Below, piece after piece: positions 39,074 to 48,077 of a DNA stretch of 50,754 nucleotides. Below the pieces are notes generated by a model that saw only the letters and a list, made by a program, of their open reading frames with translations, ran no database searches and was not told where the DNA came from. The position numbers and the translations under genes were made by a program. Numbering within the stretch: position 1 is the stretch's first letter; each line of letters starts with the position of its first letter. The stretch comes from Reyranella sp. (GTDB lineage: Bacteria; Pseudomonadota; Alphaproteobacteria; Reyranellales; Reyranellaceae): contig JAGNNA010000001.1 in NCBI GenBank assembly GCA_017990895.1, positions 1-50,754 of the forward strand, given 5' to 3'.

Positions 39074-40968
39074 TCGTCGGGACCGCAGGCCATATCGATC
39101 ACGGCAAGACCGCCCTGGTGAAGGCGCTGACCGGCGTCGATGCCGACCGTCTCAAGGAGGAGAAGGCGCGCGGCATCACCATCGACCTGGGCTATGCCTA
39201 CAGCGATCTCGGCGACGGCCGACAGCTCGGCTTCGTCGACGTGCCCGGCCACGAGCGCTTCGTGCACAATATGCTGGCCGGCGCTACCGGCATCGATGCG
39301 GCGCTGCTCGTCGTGTCGGCCGCCGAGGGGATCAAGCCGCAGACCGTGGAGCATCTGCAGATCCTCGACCTGCTCGGGCTCGATCGCGGCATCGTGGCTC
39401 TCACCAAGGCCGACCTCGCCAACGACGACCAGCAACTCGAGCGGATGGCCGAGATCGAGACCCTGCTCGCCACGACCTCGCTGCGCGGCGCGGAGATCGT
39501 GCCGGTTTCGGCGGTGACCGGGCAGGGGATCGACGAGCTGAAGGAAAAGCTGCTGGTCCTCGGCGAGAGCGGCAAGGGTGCGGCAGGCTTCGCGCGGCTG
39601 GCGGTGGATCGTTGCTTCGTGCTGTCCGGCGCGGGGGTCGTGGTCACCGGTACCATCCATGCCGGTGAGATCAGGGTCGACGACCGGCTGCTGCTGACGC
39701 CGTCCGGCATCGAGGCGCGGGTGCGCTCGCTGCATGCCCAGAACCGGCCCGCGGAGATCGGGCGCGCCGGCGAACGCTGCGCGCTCAACCTCACCGGTCC
39801 CCGCCTTTCCAAGGACGCGATCAAGCGCGGCGAGTGGGTCGTGAGCCCGGAGCTTCACGCCCCGACCGACCGCATCGACGTTCGCCTGAACCTGCTCGCG
39901 TCGGAGGCCCAGCCGCTGAAGCACTGGTCGCTGGTGCACGTTCACCTCGGGGCGGCGCATGTGATGGGCCGTGTGGCGCTGCTCGAAGGCGAAAGGTTGG
40001 TGCCGGGCGACACCGCGCTCGCCCAGATCGTGCTGGACGAGAAGGTCGGCGCGCTCGCGGGCGACCGGGTCATCCTTCGCGATCCGTCCGCAACGCGTAC
40101 GATGGCCGGCGGGACGGTCATCGATCCGTTCGGTCCTCCCCGCAACCGCCGCGCCGAACGGCGTTTGCTGGAACTGGCCGCACTGGGCGAGACCGATGAC
40201 GAGGTCATGCCGCGGCTGTTGCGCCTGGAAGGCGGCTTCGTCGATCTGGGCCGCTTCGGTCTGGCGCGCAACCTCCGGCCCGCCGAGGTCGAGAAACAGC
40301 TCGAGGCGGCGGGGGGCGAGAAGCTCGAAGGCTTCGGCTTCCTCGCCGAGACCTTTGCGGCGGCGCGCCAGGACATCGTCGACACGCTCAGGGCCTTCCA
40401 CGAGATCAGGGCCGACGCGCCGGGCCTGCAGGCCGAGCGTCTGCGCGTGTCCCTGAAGCGCCGCTGGCCGGCGCCTGTTTTCAAGGCGCTGCTCGATCAG
40501 GAGATTCGCGCCAAGACGGTCGTCGTCGACGGTGCCTTCCTGCGTCTGCCCGGTCATTCGCTGAAGCTTGGGGCGCGCGACGAGGCCCTGTGGCAGAAGA
40601 TCTCTGCCGACCTGACGCGCGACCGTTTCAAGCCGCCGAGGGTCCGTGACTTCGCCCAGGCCTACAGCGCCACGGAGCCCGACACCCGCCGGCTGCTGCA
40701 GCGCCTGTCAAAGCTGGGGAGGGTCGTTGAGGTCGCACCGGACCACTTCTTCCTGCGCCCGGTGGTGGCGGAGATGATCGGCATCGCGAACGCCTTCGAT
40801 CACGAATTCAGCGCCGCCGAGTTCCGCGACAAGCTCGACAACGGGCGCAAGCTGGCGATCCAGATCCTGGAATTCTTCGACCGCCACGGCATCACGATCC
40901 GGCGCGGCGACCTGCGCCGTGCGGTGCCGCAGAAGGCGGGCCAGTACGGCCCGCCGCCTACGACTTAG
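39070..40968 (+). CDS. selB: Selenocysteine-specific elongation factor
   Basis: TAGHIDHGKT, RGITIDLG, DVPGHE, LTKAD, and the C-terminal winged helix GRKLAIQILEFFD. Confidence 0.95.
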   Translation: MIVGTAGHIDHGKTALVKALTGVDADRLKEEKARGITIDLGYAYSDLGDGRQLGFVDVPGHERFVHNMLAGATGIDAALLVVSAAEGIKPQTVEHLQILDLLGLDRGIVALTKADLANDDQQLERMAEIETLLATTSLRGAEIVPVSAVTGQGIDELKEKLLVLGESGKGAAGFARLAVDRCFVLSGAGVVVTGTIHAGEIRVDDRLLLTPSGIEARVRSLHAQNRPAEIGRAGERCALNLTGPRLSKDAIKRGEWVVSPELHAPTDRIDVRLNLLASEAQPLKHWSLVHVHLGAAHVMGRVALLEGERLVPGDTALAQIVLDEKVGALAGDRVILRDPSATRTMAGGTVIDPFGPPRNRRAERRLLELAALGETDDEVMPRLLRLEGGFVDLGRFGLARNLRPAEVEKQLEAAGGEKLEGFGFLAETFAAARQDIVDTLRAFHEIRADAPGLQAERLRVSLKRRWPAPVFKALLDQEIRAKTVVVDGAFLRLPGHSLKLGARDEALWQKISADLTRDRFKPPRVRDFAQAYSATEPDTRRLLQRLSKLGRVVEVAPDHFFLRPVVAEMIGIANAFDHEFSAAEFRDKLDNGRKLAIQILEFFDRHGITIRRGDLRRAVPQKAGQYGPPPTT

Positions 40969-41308
40969 GGACGGGGCCGCTCAGGCTGACCGGAGCGCCA
41001 TCGGGCCCGCTGAACAGGGACAGCAGGAAACCATGCTCCTCGTGCGGCGCGCCGCCGACGCTCACGCCCCGTGCGGAGAGTTCGGCGCGTTTGTCGGCGA
41101 GATCGGGAACACGCAGACCCGGCTGCCATGTCCCTGCCGGATTTGTGGGTGAAGCTGGTTGGAGGGCCAGTCGGGTCGGACCGGTGTCGAATTCGGCCCA
41201 GTCCGGGGTCTCGAACTTGAGCTTCAGGCCAACGGTGTCCCGCCAGAAGGCGACGGCCGCCGCAAGGTCGGAAACGTTGGCGATGACGTACTTCAATTCG
41301 ATGGTCAT
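40958..41308 (-). CDS. VOC/glyoxalase family protein
   Basis: VSDLAAAVAFWRDTVGL, WAEFDTG, LRVPDL, FSGPDG. Confidence 0.8.
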   Translation of the reverse strand: MTIELKYVIANVSDLAAAVAFWRDTVGLKLKFETPDWAEFDTGPTRLALQPASPTNPAGTWQPGLRVPDLADKRAELSARGVSVGGAPHEEHGFLLSLFSGPDGAPVSLSGPVPKS

Positions 41309-41384
41309 GGTCTTGAATCCTTTGGGAAATTTCATCCCAGTATGACAGGTGACACGGCATCGGTTCTGGTGAATCATCCGCCCC

Positions 41385-41480
41385 GGAGGGGAAGCGCTCC
41401 CGGTGGGGCGGCTGGCCTTCAAAGCCAGAGAGGGCCGTTAGCCGGTTCTTAGTGGGTTCGACTCCCACTCTCTTCCGCCA
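41385..41480 (+). tRNA. selC: tRNA-Sec (anticodon UCA)
   Basis: 96 nt with an 8-bp acceptor stem (GGAGGGGA/TCTCTTCC), 6-bp D stem, CTGGC-CTTCAAA-GCCAG anticodon arm, long variable arm, GTGGG-TTCGACT-CCCAC T arm and an encoded G-CCA end. Confidence 0.95.
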
Positions 41481-41514
41481 ATTCTCGTTTGCTAGTCTGG
41501 AGTCCAGTCCCCCG

Positions 41515-41844
41515 ATGCGTACATTGATCCTCGTCGCCCTGCTGTCGCTGGCGGCCTGTTCGGTGAACCAGCAGTATTCGGAGCCTTGGACCGTGAAAGC
41601 GGTCGACAAGACCTACGAGGCGCGCGACGCCTGTCTACAGAGGCAGGCCGCCCCCTATGCCGGCGACACCTCGGATGCGTCGACCGTCGGACAGACCATC
41701 AGTGCGATCTGCGAGGCGGAGACGAATGCCCTGATCGCCAGCAGCAACCCGCACAACGACCCGGCCGTGACGGCGGCCATTCGCCAGGATTCGAGTTTCA
41801 GGGCGACCGGTTACGTCCTGAAGGCTCGGGGGCAGAGAAGCTAG
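41515..41844 (+). CDS. Small predicted lipoprotein
   Basis: Lipobox LAAC after a hydrophobic signal, plus two further Cys. Confidence 0.75.
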   Translation: MRTLILVALLSLAACSVNQQYSEPWTVKAVDKTYEARDACLQRQAAPYAGDTSDASTVGQTISAICEAETNALIASSNPHNDPAVTAAIRQDSSFRATGYVLKARGQRS

Positions 41845-41885
41845 GCCGGATAACGAGGATGCGCCGAACGGCCCGAGAGGACGAC

Positions 41886-42047
41886 GTGACGAACGAGGAC
41901 GCAAAGATCGCACTGGCCAATCTCATGATCCGGAAGGCCGGCCTCATCCGCACGATCCGGCATGAGATGAACAAGCAGGGAGTCGTCTACTCCGTCGGCC
42001 TCACCGAGATTCTCGAGGCGATCGAGCGGGCGAAGAAGGAAGACTGA
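41886..42047 (+). CDS. Hypothetical protein, 53 aa
   Basis: GTG after GAGAGG; typical codon usage. Alternative ATG at 41859. Confidence 0.55.
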   Translation: MTNEDAKIALANLMIRKAGLIRTIRHEMNKQGVVYSVGLTEILEAIERAKKED

Positions 42048-42233
42048 CTTTCCGCGCACCGCAGGCGGCCGGGACGTCGGGCGCCAATGTCCTGCTGGGC
42101 GGCGGCAGCGCCAGATCACCCTGCAGCCGGTCGGCGTCGGCCTGAACGTTGCTGCCGGTTGGGCCGCGGTCGAACTCAAGTACGCCAAGTAGAGAGGCTT
42201 GCGGCGGCGCCGCCTGTCGGGTCAACTCCTAGC

Positions 42234-42731
42234 ATGCCATCTGCCACAGAGTCCCTGATTGCCCGCCTCCAGGCGGATTGCACCGCGGCCGAAACGGCCG
42301 AGCGCACGGTGCGATCCGCCGTCGAGGCCCAGATCAGGGAGGCCGAGCGCGCCCGTACGTTTGCGTGGCGGCGGCTCAGTGCGCTCTCGGACATGGCGCG
42401 GGTCGCCGCGCTGGAGCCCGATCGCGACGTCGCGGTGGAGCGCCAGCTCGAGGCGCTGTTCCGCGACATCGGCTGGATCGAGAATGGCCTGGGCGAACTG
42501 GGCGAGGGCGCCCGGCCGTTGCTCGACTGGTTGCGGCCGATCGCCGAGGCGCTCCATGCCGAGGCCCATCCGCCGGAGCCGGAGGCCGACCGGCCGGTCG
42601 AGCCGCCGGTGATCGCCGATCCGCTCGCGGCTTTTCGGGCCTTCGAGGCGTGGTATGAGGCCGAGCGCGGCGAGCCCTTCCTCCAGGTATTCGATCGCTA
42701 CGTGCCGCCCACGCCCGTGGTCGAATTCTAG
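42234..42731 (+). CDS. Hypothetical helical protein, first gene of the fdhD operon
   Basis: Coiled-coil-like N-terminus, FEAWY and a C-terminal PTPVVEF. Lies 7 nt before the next gene. Confidence 0.75.
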   Translation: MPSATESLIARLQADCTAAETAERTVRSAVEAQIREAERARTFAWRRLSALSDMARVAALEPDRDVAVERQLEALFRDIGWIENGLGELGEGARPLLDWLRPIAEALHAEAHPPEPEADRPVEPPVIADPLAAFRAFEAWYEAERGEPFLQVFDRYVPPTPVVEF

Positions 42732-42738
42732 GCGGGCG

Positions 42739-43109
42739 ATGACGACCGATTTCGAGCACTGGCTCCGGGCCCAGTTCGCCGATACGGGGCCGTTCACGAT
42801 CTTCATCCTGCTCGTGCGGATCACATCCTCGAATGCCCTGCCGCTGCGATCGAGCTACGCCCATCTGATCGGTGACGAGATGACGTGGCAGGAGATGCGA
42901 ACACTGCTCGACGGCGCCCGGTGCCCTGGGACGCCGTCGCCTTCTTCGTCGGGCTGGGCCACGAAGGCGGCCCGCTGCCCGACCCGGTTGCCGCGCGAAA
43001 GCTCAAGGAAGTCGAGGCCGACGTGAAGGCGGATCCGCTGGTCCTGAACCGTGGCCTGTTCTTCGATCGCGAGGGGCGGCACCTGCGGATCGACGAGACT
43101 ACCGCATGA
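42739..43109 (+). pseudogene. Hypothetical protein of about 123 aa with a -1 frameshift
   Basis: MTTDFEHWLR...LLDGA continues as PVPWDAVAFF...LRIDETTA if one C is added at 42917-19. The stop overlaps the fdhD ATG (ATGA). Confidence 0.7.
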
Positions 43110-43906
43110 CCCAGGAGGGCTCGGTCCGCCGGCCGGTTCTTCGCCTCACGACCGGCGGGAGCGTGACGCTGGAGGAGACGGTCGCAGAGGAGGTCGCGGT
43201 GGCGCTGGTCTACAACGGCATCAGCCATGCCGTTATGATGGCGACGCCCTGCGACCTCGAGGATTTCGCCCGTGGGTTCTCCCTCACCGAGCGGATCGTC
43301 GAGCGATCGTCGGAAATCTACGACATCGAGGCCGAGCCGGTCGGGCGCGGCATAGAGGTGCGGCTCGAGATCGCGGCGCAACGCATAGCCGGTCTCCAGG
43401 AACGGCGGCGCAGCCTCGCCGGTCGCACCGGCTGCGGCCTGTGTGGTGTGGACAGCCTGGACGCGGCACTGCGTCCGGTCCCGGCGGTGTCCGATCCCCG
43501 ACCGGTGGCGCGGTCGTCGATCGAGCGGGCCATGGCGGGACTGCCGCAGCATCAGAAGATCAACCGGACGAACGGCGCCACGCACGCCGCGGGCTGGGCG
43601 TCGGCCGATGGCACGCTGGTCGCCGTGCGCGAGGATGTCGGTCGTCACAACGCACTCGACAAGCTGGCCGGCGCGCTGGTCCGAAGCGGCCCCTCCGGGC
43701 CCGGCGGCTTCGTGGTCGTGACCAGCCGCTGCTCATACGAGATGGTCCAGAAGGCGGCGGCGATCGGAGCCTCGGCGATCGCCGCCGTTTCCGCACCGAC
43801 GTCGCTCGCCATCGAGACGGCGGAGCAGGCGGGTATCGCTCTGGCGGCCTTCGTGCGCGACGAACGCCTGACCGTCTATGCCCGTGCGGAACGGATCATC
43901 GCGTGA
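43106..43906 (+). CDS. fdhD: Formate dehydrogenase sulfurtransferase FdhD/NarQ
   Basis: AEEVAVAL, VMMATP, GCGLCG, THAA, REDVGRHNALDKL, SAPTSLA. Confidence 0.93.
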   Translation: MTQEGSVRRPVLRLTTGGSVTLEETVAEEVAVALVYNGISHAVMMATPCDLEDFARGFSLTERIVERSSEIYDIEAEPVGRGIEVRLEIAAQRIAGLQERRRSLAGRTGCGLCGVDSLDAALRPVPAVSDPRPVARSSIERAMAGLPQHQKINRTNGATHAAGWASADGTLVAVREDVGRHNALDKLAGALVRSGPSGPGGFVVVTSRCSYEMVQKAAAIGASAIAAVSAPTSLAIETAEQAGIALAAFVRDERLTVYARAERIIA

Positions 43907-44391
43907 GCGCGCCGCGCGTCTTCGGTATCACCGGCTGGAAGAACGCCGGCAAGACGACGCTGACGGAGCGGCTGGTGGCCGAGTTCGTGCGACGCGGGTG
44001 GCGGGTGTCGACCATCAAGCACGCCCATCATGACATAGACATCGACCGGCAGGGCACCGACTCCTATCGTCATCGCGCAGCCGGCGCCGGCGAAGTCGCG
44101 CTCGTCGGCGGCCGGCGCTACGCCATCATGTGCGAGGCACCGGAACCGTCGATCTCGGATGTTCTGGCGCGGCTCGCGCCCGCGGACCTCGTGCTGATCG
44201 AGGGCTACAAGCGCGAATCGCACCTCAAGATCGAAGTGCGGGCCATGCCCGAGGCCGAGCCGCTGGCATCGGGCGATCCTGCCATTGTGGCAATCGCCGC
44301 CGATCACCGGCCTATGGAAAGCAATCTACCGTGGTTCCGGCGTGACGATGTCGCCGCCATCGCCGACTTCATCGCCGTGAGGATCGGCTGA
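43903..44391 (+). CDS. mobB: Molybdopterin-guanine dinucleotide biosynthesis protein B
   Basis: GWKNAGKTT, STIKHAHH, DLVLIEGYK; GTGA overlap with fdhD. Confidence 0.92.
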   Translation: MSAPRVFGITGWKNAGKTTLTERLVAEFVRRGWRVSTIKHAHHDIDIDRQGTDSYRHRAAGAGEVALVGGRRYAIMCEAPEPSISDVLARLAPADLVLIEGYKRESHLKIEVRAMPEAEPLASGDPAIVAIAADHRPMESNLPWFRRDDVAAIADFIAVRIG

Positions 44392-44400
44392 TGCCGGGTC

Positions 44401-45624
44401 TCAGTGCGCCGGAGAACTGCCTGCCTTCTGGCCCACGAAGGCGCCTCCGGCCTGATAGTTCGGACCGTTCACCGAGAAGGTTCCGGCCTGATCGTTGGGA
44501 TATCCCTGACCGATGAAGGCGCCGTTCATATTCATCGTTCGACCGGGCGTGCTCGGATTGGTCGTCGGCATGGTCGCCTGGAATCCGTAGTTGCCGGTCC
44601 GGGTCGTCGTCCCGCTGTAGCTGCTGTTGTTGAAATTCGCGGTTGTGGTGCCGCTGTTCGAGCCCATCGACCAGACCTGCTGATAGGTACCCGTGCCGAA
44701 GGAATTGCTGCCGTTGTTCCGGACGAGACCGCCCATCACGCCATTGTACGTGATCGTCTGCTGCGACTGGTTCGCCTTCGAGACGATTTCTGGAAGGTTG
44801 GACGGTGCTGTCTCGAAGGAATTTGTCAGCGCATTGGTCACGATGTTGCTGGGGTTCGCGTTGCGCGGCCCCGGACCACTGCCGAAGCGGTCGCCCAAAG
44901 TATTGCCGGAGCCCTGTCCCGAATTGGCGCCCGAGAAGCCGGAGCTCTGCGCGGCCTGATCGGCACCGCCCTGGCCGCCGCTCCGGGTGCCTTCGAGCTG
45001 GGCGAAAAGGGCACCGAGAGCGCCCTGAGGCACCGCAGTGGCAAGGCCCGGCAGTCCGCCGAAGAATGTCGTCACCTGGAAGCCGGGACGCGTGACCATC
45101 TCGAGCTTGCCGCCGGCGCCGACGGTCATGCTGATGCCGAAGACGAAGATCGACATCGTCTGCTGCAGGTCGACATTGAAGACGCTGATGCCGCCGCGGA
45201 TGCCGATCGTGCTCGAAGGCGTCGTGACAGTGATGGCGTTGGTCTTGCTGATCTTGCCGCCGACCAGGCGGAAGACGCCCTTGCTGGCATTGATGGCTAG
45301 GTCGCCGGTCTTGGTCGACGGATCGTAGACGAACTTGTCGATCGTGAGCTGGGCGTTAGGTCCGACGGACAGGGAGGTGCCGTCGAGGAACATCAGGTGC
45401 GCACGGTCGTTGGCCTGCGTCGTGATCACTTCGTTCGCCTGCACGTCCACACCGACGCGCAGTACGCGCTCGGCTTCCGCGGGCGGCTTGCCGCGCGGGT
45501 CGCCATCGGCCGCCGAGGTGACGCCGACCTTGGCGCCGGCCGCGGCCGGCAGCAGGGAGGTGCCCGCGGCGAGAAGCGCGGCGGTCAGAAGGGACAGGCT
45601 CGTGGCGGGAAGTCTGGTGGTCAC
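44401..45624 (-). CDS. Secreted FecR-domain protein with a C-terminal TbpB-like beta-barrel
   Basis: Signal peptide; FecR motifs (FLDGTSLSVGPNAQLTID, GVFR, TPSSTIGIRGG); G/S/N-rich linker; C-terminal strands ending MNGAFIG...AGGAFVGQK. Confidence 0.75.
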   Translation of the reverse strand: MTTRLPATSLSLLTAALLAAGTSLLPAAAGAKVGVTSAADGDPRGKPPAEAERVLRVGVDVQANEVITTQANDRAHLMFLDGTSLSVGPNAQLTIDKFVYDPSTKTGDLAINASKGVFRLVGGKISKTNAITVTTPSSTIGIRGGISVFNVDLQQTMSIFVFGISMTVGAGGKLEMVTRPGFQVTTFFGGLPGLATAVPQGALGALFAQLEGTRSGGQGGADQAAQSSGFSGANSGQGSGNTLGDRFGSGPGPRNANPSNIVTNALTNSFETAPSNLPEIVSKANQSQQTITYNGVMGGLVRNNGSNSFGTGTYQQVWSMGSNSGTTTANFNNSSYSGTTTRTGNYGFQATMPTTNPSTPGRTMNMNGAFIGQGYPNDQAGTFSVNGPNYQAGGAFVGQKAGSSPAH

Positions 45625-45643
45625 TGTGATCTCCTGAGCGGCG

Positions 45644-47011
45644 CTAGAAGCGCCAGGTTACTCCGACGAGCGCACTGTTGTTCGTGAAGGCGTAATTGGG
45701 AATGTCCGCCGATCGCACGAACCGTCCGCCCGACACCGTGAACACCGTCCGCTGATCGAAGGGAACGGAGAGGGTTATATTCAGAATAGTGTCGGTTTGT
45801 TGACGCGTAACGGTCGGGTCCACCACGGCGTCAGGTTGATCATAATACCACCATTGCACGTTCCCGAACAGGCTGATGCTCCAGGGCAGTTGGCTCTTGA
45901 AGAGCGGATCGGCGAAGGAGAAGGACATGCCGCCACCGGCGCCGTAGAGCGTGTAGTTCTGCCAGGGTGTGCTGTCGGTCTGGTAGCGCTGGAGGTTGCC
46001 GTTGGCGTAGAGCATCAGGGCATTGTTGACTTGGTACTGGAAGGTCGTGTTGACGGTGTACTCGACGCCGGTGAACTGGTTGTTGGCCGGGAGGTACCAG
46101 CTGTTCTGGTACATCTGCCGCCGCCAGTTGAAGTTCGTGGTGTTGCGCAGTCTGTCCGACAGCAGCGTGCCCACTTCGAGACCCGATCCGAAGCTGCCGT
46201 AGTACGGCACGTCGTTGACCCAGATGTAGCCTACGGAGCCGTACGGCTTCAGCGAGACATCCTCGAAGATACCTTGGAACGCCTGGAAGCGCGGTCCCGA
46301 GGTCAGGTCGAGGATGGAGACGTTGGCGGCCTGGATCTGGAACTGCCGGTTGAGGTAGCCCGATAACTGGGTTTCGAGCTGGGCCCGGTTGTTCTGGCCG
46401 AGATCGTAGGTGTGGCGGACGAAGCCCGAGGTGACGGCGCCCCAGTCGGCGGTGCCCAGAGCCGACTGGTTCAGGTTGGCCGCCTGGCCGAAGAGGCGGA
46501 CGCTCGAGGTCGGCGGCCCGAGGTTTGCGTTCGACTGATAACGCATGCCGGCGAAGATCTCGCCGCTGAAGCGCGAACGCGTCAGCCGCTTCTCCGATTC
46601 CGAGAGGAACTGCTCCGCGCGGCTCTTGACGTCGGGTGGCAGTGAATCCGACTTCAGCGTCGTCTCGAAGTAGCGGCGGGCGACTTGGAAGGAGCCGAGC
46701 CTGTAGTAGAGGACGCCCAACTCGAGGCGGATGCGCGGCAGGTCCGGATCGACCACGAGCATGCGTTCCAAGGCCGAGATGGCGCCTTCGAGATTGCCGG
46801 TCTTGGATGCGATCATTGCGAACTTGAACAGCGTGTCGAGATCGGACGGCTTCCGCAGCATTTCCTGGAAGGCCGCGTCGTACTCGGCCTCGTCGGCCGC
46901 CGAAACGGTCGATGTCTGCGCTGCGGCCGGACGCGCGTCGGCCACGACAGCAGCCATGCCACCGGCCAACAGCAGCGCGAAAGCGCTCACGCGCCGTCCG
47001 AACCTGCTCAA
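45644..47011 (-). CDS. TPR plus outer-membrane beta-barrel protein (Slam/DUF560-like)
   Basis: Signal peptide, TPR (AISALERML...PRIRLELGVLYY), YQSNAN, alternating beta strands and a terminal VGVTWRF. Confidence 0.72.
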   Translation of the reverse strand: MSRFGRRVSAFALLLAGGMAAVVADARPAAAQTSTVSAADEAEYDAAFQEMLRKPSDLDTLFKFAMIASKTGNLEGAISALERMLVVDPDLPRIRLELGVLYYRLGSFQVARRYFETTLKSDSLPPDVKSRAEQFLSESEKRLTRSRFSGEIFAGMRYQSNANLGPPTSSVRLFGQAANLNQSALGTADWGAVTSGFVRHTYDLGQNNRAQLETQLSGYLNRQFQIQAANVSILDLTSGPRFQAFQGIFEDVSLKPYGSVGYIWVNDVPYYGSFGSGLEVGTLLSDRLRNTTNFNWRRQMYQNSWYLPANNQFTGVEYTVNTTFQYQVNNALMLYANGNLQRYQTDSTPWQNYTLYGAGGGMSFSFADPLFKSQLPWSISLFGNVQWWYYDQPDAVVDPTVTRQQTDTILNITLSVPFDQRTVFTVSGGRFVRSADIPNYAFTNNSALVGVTWRF

Positions 47012-47081
47012 GATGACTCTCCCCCGTGATTCCCGTCGGTGACGGAATAGTCAGCCTTTTTAGGATGAAGCAGGTATAATG

Positions 47082-48077
47082 CTAAATCAACCAACTGCGG
47101 ATTGTAAGTGCCCAGCTGACAACCGGATTCGCCCGTGCTGCCCGCATTCGCAGGACCATGCGGCGGTACTGGCGATCTCCGAGCGCCGTCACGAGCCGCT
47201 CCTGATCGCGGATCATCGCATCGAGCATGCGGTCAAGCATCTGCGAATAGGTGTTACCCCAGTTCCGGCTCGACAGATGGAGACGACCGCCCAACACGGG
47301 ATTGTCGGCCGCACCGTTTCTGCCGTGGAGCCGGTAGGAATAGAGGGCATCGTCGATCAGCAGGGAGCCGGCGACCATCTGCGCCATGACGACGACGTAG
47401 AAGTCCATGTGCAGACGGAACGCCTCCTCGTCCTTGGGAAAGACGAGATTGATCAGCGAACGCCGGAACATCATCGACGAGGTGCTGACCCAGACCCAGT
47501 GCACCACGCGCTTGGTGTAGAGGCGATAGGGCGTGTGGCTCTGCCATCCGGCGGTGCCGCGTGATGTGTCGAGCGTCGGCACGCGGGTCGCATCGAGGGG
47601 AACGAAGGCCTGGTCACGGTCGGCGTGGGCGCGATCCTTGCCGAACCAGTACATGCCGCCGGCGATCAGCTCGTCCTGACCGTTGATCAGCCGTGCATTG
47701 CACGCGGTGAAGCCCACCGCGTAGCTCTCGTTCAGGTGGGCGGCGAGATGGCGTTCGAGGAAGTCCGGGTTCCACAGATCGTCGGAGTCGAGGAAGCAGA
47801 CGAACATCGCGTTCGTCTCGGCGAGGCCCCGACGCGTGGCGCCGGTCTGCCCGACATTCTTGTCGAGGCGGATGTGGCGAAAGCGGGAGTCGGCAAGCTC
47901 TGCGAGCGTCTGCTGAACGACCGCGACCGAATCATCGGTCGAGGCGTCGTCGACGATGACGCAGTCGAAGTCGCGCAAAGTCTGGTGTGCGACCGAACGG
48001 ATGGCGGCGGCGATGTAGTCACGGCAATTGTAGCAGGTGACGACGACCGAGATGCGCGGGAGCCTGGCTTCGGTCAC
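47082..48077 (-). CDS. Glycosyltransferase family 2
   Basis: ISVVVTCYN, IVDDASTD, FLDSDD (DxD), YRLHG. The GTG start overlaps the upstream stop. Confidence 0.88.
   Translation of the reverse strand: MTEARLPRISVVVTCYNCRDYIAAAIRSVAHQTLRDFDCVIVDDASTDDSVAVVQQTLAELADSRFRHIRLDKNVGQTGATRRGLAETNAMFVCFLDSDDLWNPDFLERHLAAHLNESYAVGFTACNARLINGQDELIAGGMYWFGKDRAHADRDQAFVPLDATRVPTLDTSRGTAGWQSHTPYRLYTKRVVHWVWVSTSSMMFRRSLINLVFPKDEEAFRLHMDFYVVVMAQMVAGSLLIDDALYSYRLHGRNGAADNPVLGGRLHLSSRNWGNTYSQMLDRMLDAMIRDQERLVTALGDRQYRRMVLRMRAARANPVVSWALTIRSWLI

Noticed and set aside
41385-44400. Genomic island integrated at selC
   Set aside because: No integrase, no att-like duplicate of the tRNA 3' end and no clear GC shift.
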